This document shows positions 49,301 through 60,600 of a stretch of DNA of 64,000 nt, in pieces; positions within the stretch are counted from its first letter, which is position 1, and each line of letters opens with the position of its first letter. The DNA is from Promethearchaeota archaeon (GTDB lineage: Archaea > Asgardarchaeota > Lokiarchaeia > Sigyniarchaeales > SOKP01). The translations under genes were made by a program, and so were the position numbers. Below the pieces are notes generated by a model. That model saw only the letters and a list, made by a program, of their open reading frames with translations, had not been told where the DNA came from and ran no database searches. The stretch lies in NCBI GenBank assembly GCA_019058445.1, contig JAHPZA010000009.1, positions 384,001 to 448,000 of the forward strand, given 5' to 3'.

Positions 49301-52300
49301 TTCATCTGTCACATTGAATTGGTAGTATTTTAAATTAATTTTATCTCTAAATAAATAGGTATCAGCAATAATATCTACACTACCGTCAAATGAACCCCCA
49401 ATTGTAAAATTAAAAATGTTATCTCCCGTAGAACTGCTTATGTCTAAGTCAAGAGTTATCCCTTTCCACCAGCCTTGAGGATAATTGTATTCACTGCCTA
49501 AATCAGTAGCATTAGTTTTATGCCACATCCAAAAATTATTATTTGGATCTATAATAGTAATATTTATCTCGTCCTCAGCTACATTCCAAGAGATATTATA
49601 AATATCGAATGTTATTCGCGATAAATTCCAATCCATAGAGATATCGGGCATTGAAAAGGTAAAAGAATGATCAACATCTTGAAAAATATCATCCTCGATA
49701 ACAATCTCTTCAGAAATTTCCCCATAAGGTTTTACTGACAGGTCAATGTTTTCTAGCCAGAAATCCTCTTGAATAGAATCATCGTTTTCCGATTGATTTA
49801 ATATTAATCCATTTTCTTCCAAATCCAATGAGAGCGCTAAGTCTGAAGGTAGAATATATCCAGATTTTAGAGCTTCTATTTTAATTATATATACTACGTT
49901 GCTTTCTAATCCGTCAGTTTCAATTTCACATAGATGTCTTCCTATGTAATCTTCTTCTATGGGTATTGTTCCTGATTTAACGAGTGTTGATCCAATAAGT
50001 ATTTGATATGACATTATATCTGCGTACGTTGGTCCTAATAAATGGTTAAATTTTGCTTCACTTACTTTAGTAACATTGAATAAAGCCCTTAATTTTAATT
50101 TTGAGCCCCATTTAATTTTAATATTATCGGTGGGATTTAAGGAAACAATAGTTGTTTCAAATTGTTCTAGTTCTCCTTGAGAAAGCTTAATCCTGAGAAT
50201 ATAAGCGAATTCAGCCGTTAGAGAAAAATTGGCAGCATATACCATATCCGCTGTGACATCTGTCATATTAAATTCCCAATCTACTCCATAAAATTTGATT
50301 CTTAAAGAATAATTGTAAAAAGTATTGGTGATTAACCATCTAAAAGTTACCTTTCCATCTAAACTCGTAGTTAAATTTACTACGCTATCCCCGGAGGTAT
50401 GATTACTTACTAGTAATTTAACTCCACTCACTGGCTCAGATCCGTCCTCTATATAAACGGTAAAATTTGCTGTTGTTAAATTTACTTTTACATCAATTGT
50501 AATATTTGGATTAGATATATCTCCTGATGCCAAAATAAGTTTTTGTGGTTTATAGGTATTATCTAAATAATATAAGGTATAATTGTATTCATATGGTGTA
50601 ATATTTACCCACCAAAATCTTGCTTTTCCAGTATCATCAATTGTGCAATTCTGAAGATTGTGTGAATAATTACCAACTATTATCCACCCAGAATCAACAG
50701 GACTTCCATCGACATCTGTTATATTAAAGAAATTTGTGCTAACATTGCAAATTAAATTAATAGTTTGATAAGTATCATTTATTAGAATTGCCTCTGAGGT
50801 AATATTTATAATTTCAAAATGTTTTCCAATGTCTGATGTCATAGTAGCGGTAAAATTATATTTACTTAAATATACATTTGTGAATGAAACGCACCCTTCA
50901 GTATCAGTAATATCGCTACTAATTAACTCAGAAAGCTGATACATAGAAATATTAACATTAGCTATTGAATTGCCATATAAATCATTCGCTTTAACTTGAA
51001 GATTTTTGCAAATTGTCTTGTTTACAACAAGCTCCGCTCCTATAGAATAAAAATTGTTTGGATCATACTGATTGTTATATTCTGTTATAAGCCAATTATT
51101 AGAATACATAATGTCTGATATTCTAACCTCGTCTATTAATCCATCGAAATAATAATCTGGTAAAAAGGAGAATTGAAGATCTTTAACACTACTCACACTA
51201 GCCATAGGATAAATGTCTGTTCCTGATCCTATTTCAAATCCATCTTTATAAATCCGAATTCTATCGTTAGATCTATCAAGTACCCCAACGATATATATCC
51301 ACTCATCAAATGTAACGCTAGCACTATAACTTCCGACATTCCTTGCTCCATCAGTTACGTGAAAAGCAAGACTCGTTCCACTGGCATCTATAGAAAAACA
51401 ATAACCTGAATCCGATATGGTTGATGCTCCTTTATAGAAAGGAATTTGGGTATCTTCAGTACTATCATCAACTTTTAGCCAAAAGCTAACTGTAAAACTT
51501 TGTAGACCAAAATCAAGATGTCCATCAGTAGGATCCCCTATATCAACCGTTCCATCTGTGCCAAACTCATAAGCACTATCAATTTGTCCATTTGAGGGTC
51601 GAACTACAGAAGAAGAGACCGTTCCATCTTCTCCATAAAAAGTAGAGTCTTGAGCTTCACCACCTGATTCTGAGAGATGCCATACTCCCTGATAATTAGC
51701 ATTCCATACCCCTGTAGGATTTTCCCTCGAACCCATAGTGATATTTCCATAATACATTCGAATAATAGTATTTATTGAAGTTGACAGGACTGGAATACGA
51801 ACCCATGCTACTAATTGAGCATGAGTACCGTTATAAGTTTGGTTAAATAGCTCTAACTCGTGATCCAACCATGTAGATCCCAAAGCAAAAGCTATGTCAT
51901 TACCATTTGATTGAACATCGTCATGTAAGTCTACATCTTCAAGAGAAATAAGCACTGTAAAATTAGTAAGACTACCCGATCCAGGGATCTTCGAACTGTC
52001 AATTATTATTAGTTTATAGAAATTAAAATTATCCGCATCAGAGGGAGTATCTTCATCAACTTTGATGGCATTACTAATAGAATAAAAACTATCAGGATTA
52101 TATTGGTTATTGTATTCGGTTGCTACCCACCCAGAAGATCGAGCTAGATTTGAAATTCTAAGTTCATCTATTTGCCCATGATATTGTCCGCCATATGAAT
52201 AATCAGGACGTTTACCAAAGTATATGACTTCTCCAATACTTAAAATATCTCCAGAAGCATCATTACTCGATACTAACGCTCCATTTACATAAGCAAAAAA

Positions 52301-54328
52301 TCGAGGATTTGATGCTAAACTTCCATCATAGACGGCACAAATATGGGTCCATACACCTTGAGTAATACTACCTTCATCATATCGATAATGTCCAGTAGAA
52401 GTCGTAACTCTATGATTTAACCTTGCAGGACTAACTTCTCCATCAATTCCTAACATATATCTTTCATTATTTGTGGCATCAGTTTTTACCATTATAGCAG
52501 TATCACATGGGGCTGGAACAACACTTAGATTCACCCAAGCTTCTAGTGTTATTTGGTTATCAGTAATATCTAGACTTGGACTATGGGGTACATATATATA
52601 GTCATCAGAACCATTAAGGTCTATACCACCACCAATCTTGGCTCCAATTAGATCTTCTGAAGTTAAAGTATTATTTGGATTTCCATCATTTCTGTTGGAA
52701 GTACTGTCATAAATAGGATTAGTTCCAGTTGGATCTTCATTTAGGTGCCATACAGCTTGATAATTAGAATCCCAAACATTATGAGGATTCTCCTGAGGGC
52801 CCATTGCTGGATTTCCATAATACATGTAAATAACAGTATCAGTAGAGGGAGATAACGATGGAATTCGAACCCATGCGATGAGTTGAGCGTGAGTAGAATT
52901 ATAGGTTTGGTTAAATAACTCTATTTCGTGATCTAACCATGTAATTCCATCGGTAAATGCGATGTCATTGCCATTTAGCTGAACTTTGTCATATAAATCT
53001 GAATCAAAAATAGAAATGAGCATTGGGAAATTACTATGACTGCTTGATCCTAAGACCTCAGTATGGTCAACTGTAAATATTTTATAATACTCAAAATCAT
53101 TGAAAGAGGGAACACTCACTTTTTTAGAACTGCCTATAGAATAAAAATTGAGAGTATCATTTTGGTTGTCAAATTCTGTTCGAATCCAATCAGCAGAACG
53201 AGCAATATCTGAAAGGCGGACCTCATCGAAAAGTCCTTTAAAGCGGATGTCGCTCGACCAATCTTCACTTAGTTTGAGTGTTCTATCACTATCAATATTC
53301 CCACTAGTGATTGAATAATCTGTTGCTATTTTCTGGCCATCTTTATATATATAAGCCTCTCCTTCACTCCTATCAAGAACACCTACAAGATGTATCCAAG
53401 TATCATCGGTTAATGTAGAAGACTGATATATATTGAATACACTAGCGGAACCATCTCCTCCAGAAAATCTAACCATATTATCTCCTTTGAATCGAAATAA
53501 CCACCCTTCTGCATCATCTACATCACCATTTCCTTTAAAAATACCACCATAATCACCTACATCCATTGTTCCATCTTTATTGATCCAAGTCTCTACTGTA
53601 AAACTGCCCGTCCCGAAATCAAGATGTCCATCAGTAGGGTCTCCCATATTGACTTCATCATCATCTCCATCAAAATAATAAGCACCATCTAATTGACCAG
53701 ATGTTCCTTGAATAACTCCTCCTGACGGGGAGCCATCAGTATCATAATTCGTTGAATCCTGAGCATCACCACTCGATTCTGAAAGATGCCAAATTCCTAC
53801 ATAGTCATCATTCCATACATTCTTTGGATTCTCCTGAGAATTCATAAAGGGGCATCCATAATACATACGTATAATCGTATCTATATCATGAAACAGCCTT
53901 GGAACACGAACCCATGCGATCAATTGAGCATTAACAGTCGAATATGTCTGATTAAATAATTCTATTTCGTAATCTAACCAGGTATTATTTGTGGAGAAGG
54001 CAATATCATCGCCATCTGGTTGAGTATAGTCATGTAAATCCGGATCAATAATAGAGATTAGCACGGGGAAATCAATAAGATCACTAGAACCAGAGACTTT
54101 GGTATGGTCAATTGTTATCTCTTTATAGTAAGCAAAATCATCTGCATATGGAGGATGGTTTAAAGATGAATAAGGAGAATTATTTGAGTCATCATTTTTC
54201 TCTTCATGTATTCTATCGATAGTACTATAAGAATTAAAATTCGAAAGATAATATACGTATACGATAGTTGAAAAGAGTGTTAAAAACAATATTATTATAG
54301 ATATAGTTTTTCTCTTATTGAATTTCAT
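46337..54328 (-). CDS. Giant single-pass surface protein: signal/TM, 3x(DUF2341 + LamG), beta-rich stalk, TM, cytoplasmic longin/uDENN-like plus winged-helix region
   Basis: Three repeats of YKxITID..NFPVLIS..DIAF..WVRIP..MYYGN..GxWHLxE then LamG (WxHxxxxxD..YxDG..GxIDEVRIS); TM IPIFYLLLLIAAIGAIVGSLG at ~47700-47770; ~450-aa cytoplasmic tail. Confidence 0.85.
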   Translation of the reverse strand: MKFNKRKTISIIILFLTLFSTIVYVYYLSNFNSYSTIDRIHEEKNDDSNNSPYSSLNHPPYADDFAYYKEITIDHTKVSGSSDLIDFPVLISIIDPDLHDYTQPDGDDIAFSTNNTWLDYEIELFNQTYSTVNAQLIAWVRVPRLFHDIDTIIRMYYGCPFMNSQENPKNVWNDDYVGIWHLSESSGDAQDSTNYDTDGSPSGGVIQGTSGQLDGAYYFDGDDDEVNMGDPTDGHLDFGTGSFTVETWINKDGTMDVGDYGGIFKGNGDVDDAEGWLFRFKGDNMVRFSGGDGSASVFNIYQSSTLTDDTWIHLVGVLDRSEGEAYIYKDGQKIATDYSITSGNIDSDRTLKLSEDWSSDIRFKGLFDEVRLSDIARSADWIRTEFDNQNDTLNFYSIGSSKKVSVPSFNDFEYYKIFTVDHTEVLGSSSHSNFPMLISIFDSDLYDKVQLNGNDIAFTDGITWLDHEIELFNQTYNSTHAQLIAWVRIPSLSPSTDTVIYMYYGNPAMGPQENPHNVWDSNYQAVWHLNEDPTGTNPIYDSTSNRNDGNPNNTLTSEDLIGAKIGGGIDLNGSDDYIYVPHSPSLDITDNQITLEAWVNLSVVPAPCDTAIMVKTDATNNERYMLGIDGEVSPARLNHRVTTSTGHYRYDEGSITQGVWTHICAVYDGSLASNPRFFAYVNGALVSSNDASGDILSIGEVIYFGKRPDYSYGGQYHGQIDELRISNLARSSGWVATEYNNQYNPDSFYSISNAIKVDEDTPSDADNFNFYKLIIIDSSKIPGSGSLTNFTVLISLEDVDLHDDVQSNGNDIAFALGSTWLDHELELFNQTYNGTHAQLVAWVRIPVLSTSINTIIRMYYGNITMGSRENPTGVWNANYQGVWHLSESGGEAQDSTFYGEDGTVSSSVVRPSNGQIDSAYEFGTDGTVDIGDPTDGHLDFGLQSFTVSFWLKVDDSTEDTQIPFYKGASTISDSGYCFSIDASGTSLAFHVTDGARNVGSYSASVTFDEWIYIVGVLDRSNDRIRIYKDGFEIGSGTDIYPMASVSSVKDLQFSFLPDYYFDGLIDEVRISDIMYSNNWLITEYNNQYDPNNFYSIGAELVVNKTICKNLQVKANDLYGNSIANVNISMYQLSELISSDITDTEGCVSFTNVYLSKYNFTATMTSDIGKHFEIINITSEAILINDTYQTINLICNVSTNFFNITDVDGSPVDSGWIIVGNYSHNLQNCTIDDTGKARFWWVNITPYEYNYTLYYLDNTYKPQKLILASGDISNPNITIDVKVNLTTANFTVYIEDGSEPVSGVKLLVSNHTSGDSVVNLTTSLDGKVTFRWLITNTFYNYSLRIKFYGVDWEFNMTDVTADMVYAANFSLTAEFAYILRIKLSQGELEQFETTIVSLNPTDNIKIKWGSKLKLRALFNVTKVSEAKFNHLLGPTYADIMSYQILIGSTLVKSGTIPIEEDYIGRHLCEIETDGLESNVVYIIKIEALKSGYILPSDLALSLDLEENGLILNQSENDDSIQEDFWLENIDLSVKPYGEISEEIVIEDDIFQDVDHSFTFSMPDISMDWNLSRITFDIYNISWNVAEDEINITIIDPNNNFWMWHKTNATDLGSEYNYPQGWWKGITLDLDISSSTGDNIFNFTIGGSFDGSVDIIADTYLFRDKINLKYYQFNVTDEINILSCVNGWIIKNITFEIYNCFNTSDWSPISNPTIAISKITTNEGYNFTLEYLGNGNAGLTIDNITIYPIDDKFFFDIINISDIMFDVNITVEYYQGFYWNQHLENISTTISKQDLPNGGEFNIVFTSNFDDQGTELLISKINNGSHYFFPSELAMNITIGGQTYSISDTLQGEGTFSLAKIYKNLIYSASIETNQLVNFTLSFRISYSRTVFYETTGLVTYVIREAPDISGTVQYYENLGFYQQTINTSLINAGDYTIRFEVIKEHYISDISKDLEIEVQERLTLISDSSINVDLYPVIYVQDELNFTFSYIDEQYLTNIIDLETQSYSMTEIRAGQSVLYGTGDLYVNSDSEYVLDINTELMAVGRYTVWVTLDKQNYESKQAIIFLTINEREIEYDLGDMFEDKQTSVVKGETITLSIELTDPTKGDIPLKDATVILEIGDDELEFEEVEDGVYEVEFETDDYEAFFTSNTITGTIKISKANYTSEDTDITIVIEMEEIEVIPGVVSIPIFYLLLLIAAIGAIVGSLGTYKYIQLMKIPEFVKKLRSMKKLIKNNDDINTSLLYPSKEMYMAHLVKDKWQTIGVSLEAMLGTKIQKVEEVLKVKQKLIATKRSSDLIPKGLILMRWNERVGTEIVVQYPEGIEITKKTLMQIYGTHEYTGESGAVNLMAGNSNILSYYTGAEKGYYLVLVLNLDDDPDLYEDAMADILRIILQNLEDDSYLHIISSLFQRLAMFPNLTAEGRIAYIYQDEIKRMIINRLREEGVISKSELMVWLKDKYKEGFFDLANILAELVKMEIVKESSIKGLPSELVFLINDIYMIRVPPIELLKKPEAHGLPPQLAKAYSNEISKFFQTYHPSKEDNIKVIETIGNPQVYETLRLLRTAIVTRNELEKLKKKGVTDINLVLKQLWQANLISVLQDKNSTEYYALLSDFNLDLIFPKYLLKIIKNGYDQKSKSDNVLIEYLNILEDTYLTLKAKQNSEE

Positions 54329-54687
54329 AGAAAAAATGCCTTTTTTTACTTAATATCTTTGTTATTAGATAAAAATTGGAAATATTTGTAACATTTTAGA
54401 AAAAATCTACATATTTAAATATTGCATATTTCTCTCTTTAAAAGAAGAACAATTATATTTTATCAGATGAATTTCTATAAAAGATATTCCCTCGAGCAAA
54501 GGAGATTTACTAAGTTAAATAGTAGAAAAGTTCATTTTAAAGCTTTTTATAAATTAAAACTTCAACAATCTAAAGGCTCACACAGATAAATATTAATAAG
54601 AAAAAAGAATTAATTATAAAAAAATTCATTACTTTGTTAGAATTCTTTAAAAAACAAGAGATAATAAAAAAAATTTATCAATTTAAA
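54329..54687. repeat. Duplicated intergenic/promoter region, copy 1
   Basis: Blocks near-identical to 62635-63085 (e.g. 54457-54576 vs 62777-62896). Confidence 0.85.
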
Positions 54688-57600
54688 TTATTCTTCTGAT
54701 TTTTCCTTTGCTTTTAAGGTTAGATAAGTATCTTCAAGGATATTCAGATATTCAATTAAAACATTATCGCCTTTAGATTTTTGGTCATATCCATTCTTGA
54801 TAATTTGCAAAAGGTACTTCGGGAATATGAGATCTAAATTAAAATCTGAAAGAAGAGCATAATATTCGGTACCGGTTTTATCTTGAAGGACGGAGATCAA
54901 ATTCGCTTGCCATAGCTGTTTTAATACTAAATTAATATCTATAACACCTTTCTTTTTAAGCTTCTCTAATTCGTTTCTGGTGACAATCGCGGTTCTTAAT
55001 AATCGCAGTGTTTCATAAACCTGTGGTTTGCTTATAGTCTCAATTACTTTAATATTATCTTCTTCAGTTGGATGATAATTTTGGAAGAATTTATTGATCT
55101 CATTAGAATATACTTTTGCCAGCTGAGGTGGTAACCCATGAGCTTCAGGTTTTTTTAGTAATTCTATTGGAGGAACTCTGATCATATAAATATCATTAAT
55201 GAAAAAGATCAATTCTGAAGGGAGTCCTTTAATTGAACTTTCTTTGATAATCTCCATTTTTACGAGCTCTGCCACAATATTTTCTAAATCAATAAACCCT
55301 TCTTTATATTTATCTTTAAGCCAGACCATTAGTTCTGATTTAGAAATAACGCCTTCTTCTCTAAGTCGATTTATAACCATCCGCTTAATCTCATCTTGAT
55401 ATACATATGCGATTCGTCCTTCGGCGGTAAGATTTGGGAACATCGCCAGTCTCTGAAAGAGCGAAGGAATAATGTGTAAATAGGCATCGTCTTCTAAATT
55501 TTGGAAAATACTGCGTAAAATATCGGCCATTGCATCCTCATAAAGATCAGGATCATCATCCAAATTTAAAATTAGAACAAGATAATAGCCTTTTTCAGCT
55601 CCAGTATAGTAAGATAAGATATTGGAATTCCCCGCCATTAACGTCACTAAGCCCGATTCTCCGGTATATTCATGGGTGCCATAGATTTGCATTAACGTCT
55701 TTTTAGTGATATCAATGCCTTCTGGATATTGAACTACAATTTCAGTACCGACTCTTTCATTCCATCTCATAAGAATCAATCCCTGCGGGACAAGTTCACT
55801 GCTTCTTTTGGTAGAAATGACTTTTTGCTTTACTTTGAGTACTTCTTCAACCTTTTGGATTTGCATCCCCAGCATAGCTTCCACAGAAACACCGATCATC
55901 TGGCATTGATCTTTTACTAAATGGGCCATATACATCTCTTTCGAAGGGTACAACAATGATTTATCGATATCGTCGTTAGCTTTAATTAATTTTTTCATCG
56001 ATCTAAGTTTTTTAACAAACTCTGGGATCTTCATCAATTGAATATATTTATAGGTCCCAAGACTGCCAACAATAGCACCTATAGCCGCAATGAGCAAGAG
56101 AAGATAGAAGATCGGAATCCCAAGTACACCAGGAATCACTTCTACCTCTTCCATTTCGACCACAATCGTAATATCAGTGTCCTCTGAAGTGTAATTCGCT
56201 TTAGAGATTTTTATAGTTCCAGTAATGGTGTTTGAGGAAAAGAACGCTTCATAATCATCAGTTTCAAATTCCACTTCATACACTCCATCCTCAACCTCTT
56301 CAAACTCAAGCTCATCATCACCAATCTCTAAAATAACTTTTGCGCCCGTCAATAGAATATCTCCCTTGGTAGGATCTGTCAATTCTATGGAAAGCGTGAT
56401 TTTCTCGCCTTTCACTACACTAGTCTGTTTATCTTCAAACATATCTCCAAGATCGTAATCAATTTCTCTATTATTGATTGTTAAAATGATAATTGCTTGC
56501 TTCGATTCATAATTTTGTTTTTCCAATGAAATCCATAGTTCATATCTTCCAACTGACCTCAATTCTGTATTGAAATCCAAAACGTATTCGTTATTCGCGT
56601 TAGTGGTTAAAATTCCTGAACTACTCTCCATTAATTGCCCCTCGGTATTATAATAGTTCCAATCATAACTTTGACAATCTAAATCTTGAAGATTAGTACC
56701 ATATTCATAATCGATATAAGAAAATGTATAAATCGTCGAATCTCCTACATAGATACTTGAAGTAATTATATTAAATCCAGTTTGATTGGCACCTGCATAT
56801 CCGACCAATGTTAAGCGTTCCAATACTCGAAGATCTAAATCTAGAGTAATATCAGATTTATAATTTTCTTTACTACAGGCAAATCTTATAGTATAAGGAT
56901 TATAAATATTTGCATCTATTAAAGATGTATTAATTAATTGAATATAACATCCTAAATCATCGCAATACTGAACTAGTTGGTTCGATATATCGGTACCTAA
57001 AATTGAATAAGTAAGAGTACCTTGAATCTCATATATTGCTATTCTTGAATACATTATTCCGAATGAAAGTGTAAAATTAACGTCTTGATTCGTTCCTATT
57101 TGGGCAGTATATATTTGATCTTTATTAAAACTTAATAAAGAAAACTCACCATTGTTCTTAACATCATAAATATCGGTATATGTTATGCCGTTTATTGTAA
57201 CATTCATCTCCACATTAGATGGAAGGACATAATTGGTACCGTTCCATATTTCATTGATTAAAAGCATCGCACCATTATCCATCCAATTATACTCGACAAT
57301 GCTAATTTGAATTTCAGAGTTGTGATCAATATCATGAAATGTCTCTGATGAATTAATTGTTTCCAAAAATTCGTTCCAATAAAATCCTTGCATAAATTCA
57401 ATTGTAATATTGACATCAAACATTATTTCTGAAGTGTTAATAATATCAAATAAGAATTGGCCCTCTAACGGATAAATTGTTATATTGTCAATAATTATTT
57501 TTCCGGTCCCAAGTTCATGAGAGATAAAAGTATAATTAATACCCTCATTTGTCACTATTTTTTCTATCACAGAGGCAGGATCTATTACACTCCAATCTGA

Positions 57601-60600
57601 TGCATTGCGGCAATTATAAAGGTAAAAGGTTATATTATTAATTACCCATCCATTGCGATCTGATAAAAGGCAAATTGTATCTGTAATATTAAATTGTTTA
57701 TATTCGATATTTATTTTGTCTCTAATAACGTGAATGTCAGTGATAATATCCACTGTTCCAGTAAATGAACCTCCAATTGTAAAATTAAAACTGTTATCCC
57801 CGACAGGACTTGCCTTTCCAAGCGTATAAGCTATCCCAATCCACCTATGCCCATCAATATCCCACCCGCTATGATTACTTCTGGTATATTTCGTAAGATC
57901 TCCATATGGATCTGTTATAGTAATGTTTATATTATTCTCATCGCCAGTCCAAGAAATATTATAAATATTGAATATAATCTCTGTTAAGTTCCAAGAGTTT
58001 GAAATATCAGGAATTGAAAACTTAAACTCGTGATCTACGGTTTGAAAAATACTCTGTTCTACGATATATTCTTCGGTGATTTCACTATAAGGTATAACTG
58101 ACATATTGATATTTTCTAACCAATAAACTGTTTGTTCAGAATCTTCGTTTTCTGACTGATTAAGTATCATTTCATTTTCTAAAAGGTATAATGAAAGAGA
58201 TTCTTCATCGGGTACTACATATTCAAGTTTTGTGGCTTCTATAATTATAGAATAAGAAACTTTTGCTTCCAATCCAGAAGTTTCAAAAGTGCAGAGATGT
58301 CTTCCGATATAAACAGAATCTATTGGAATTGTTCCAGTTTTTATTAAATTATTTTGCTCATCATAAATTTTATATGTCATTGAATCTGCGTATTTAGGTC
58401 CTAATAATTCTTGTTGACCTGCTGCTTTAGTTACATTGAATAAAGCCCTTATTGTAATTTTTGTACCCCAAGGCTCTACAATACTATCTGACATTAATAA
58501 TATGATCTCTGTTTCATATTCTTCTATTTGACCTGAAGACATCTCCATTTCGATATCGTAAGAAGTCGCAATCGCTATATCAAGTTCAAGAGTCGAAAGG
58601 TGAAATGGGTCAGTATCATCGGCGAATCTAATTTGTTTATTATCTCCATAAAATGTAACATTTAAAGAATAATTATAATTACTATTGGTTGTTAACCACC
58701 TAAGAGTTACTTTTCCATTCATATTCGTGGTAAAATTTACTATACTTGCCCCTGAGGATGTATTATAGAACATTAATTTTACTCCGCTCACAACTTGACT
58801 CTGATCAGCGGTCCAAATGGTGACACTAGCCGTTGTTAAATTCACTGTTAAAGGTATTGGAATATTTGGCGACAAGATAACATCTGATTTCAACACAATA
58901 GGATTCGGGTCGTAAACAATATCTTGATACCATACCTTGTAGCTATATCCTGTAGTATTTAACCACCAGAAGGTTGCATGTCCCGTCGCATCAAGCGTAG
59001 AATTTTGAAGTTCTTGTGTGCCTTTGCTTACAATTATCCAGGCTGAATCGAGAGGTACTCCGTCAACGTCTTCTACAGTAAAAATATTTCTGCTTGCATT
59101 ACAAATTAACGTAATATTATGGAAAGGATCTTCTATTTTAATCGCCTCAGATGTACGATTAATTGTTACTGTATGAAGTGGTTCAATATTCGAAGTCATA
59201 TTTACGGTAAAATTGTATCCGTCGATGGCACTTTGAGGTATATTTGTAAATAGTGTGTATCCATCGTTATTTGTAATAGAACTATATTTTATTTCGGTAG
59301 AATTAAGGATCGTTACATTTACATTAGGTATTGGGTTACCATATGAATCAATAGTATTAATTTGAACATTAGAGAAACCAGTTTGTTCTGATCCAACAGA
59401 ATAAAAAGTATTAGGATATTTTTGATTATTAAATTCTGTCTGTATCCATTCTGCTGAACGAACTGTATTTGAGATACGAACCTCATCTATATTTCCCTCA
59501 AAACTTTCTACTATCCAACCTCTATTGAATCCAATATAAAGTGGTCTAGTATTCGTGGCTAAGGTGCCTAGCCCAAAATTTTGACTGTCTTCAAAATCAC
59601 CATTTTTATATGCTGTACAGATCGAAGTGGAACTGTCGTATGTAAATACTATATGTTGCCAAGTTCCGGCTGAAAGATATACATCTGAAGTCCATTCATA
59701 ATATGAACCTGAATTAGCTAATCCTATGAACAACCTTCCGTTATTGTCCACAGCAGAATATAGATCTTCATTAGAAGAAAGTTGACTGTTCCAATCTCCA
59801 TCCATCTTGCTTACAAGTGAAATCCATTCATCTACCTCATTTGGATTTATCCATACTTCAACAGTGAGTTGATCTGAAATATGTAAACTAGTGTCATCTG
59901 CAATTTGAATTCTTTGGGTATAGGCATGATCAAATCCTACTGATTTGGCAACTTGACCATCATTATTAAATGATACTCCATTATAATCAGTTCCATAGTT
60001 AGAATTCGAAGTTGAATCCTCTATTGACAGTGTACCACCACCTTGCTCAGCTAAGTGCCATATGCCTTTATGATTAGCATCCCATACTCCCGTAGGATTT
60101 TCTTGCGAACATAGATTGGAATTACCATAATACATATATATTTTGGTATTAGTAGAGGTTGAAAGAGAAGGAACTCGAACCCATGCAATGAGTTGAGCAC
60201 GAGTACTGTCATAATTTTGTTCAAATACTTCTATTTCGTGATCTATCCATTCCGTACCATTGGAAAAGGCAATATCATCACCATCTAGTTGAACATCATC
60301 ATGCAAATCTTCATCTAAAATAGAAATTAATACTGGAAAATTCATATGACTACCCGTTCCGGATACTTTTGTATGATCAATTGTTATTTCTTTATAGTAC
60401 GCAAAGTCTTCAAAAGAAGGAATATATGTTTTTAGAGCCCCGCTAATAGAATAAAAATTATTCGGATCATTTTGGTTTTCATAAGATGTAGCAATCCATT
60501 CAGCAGAACGGGCAATATTGGAGATGCGAATTTCATCAACCGATCCATCGAAATAGGTAGAACCAGCTTTTCTCGCAAATCGTAAGTCATTAGTAGTTGG

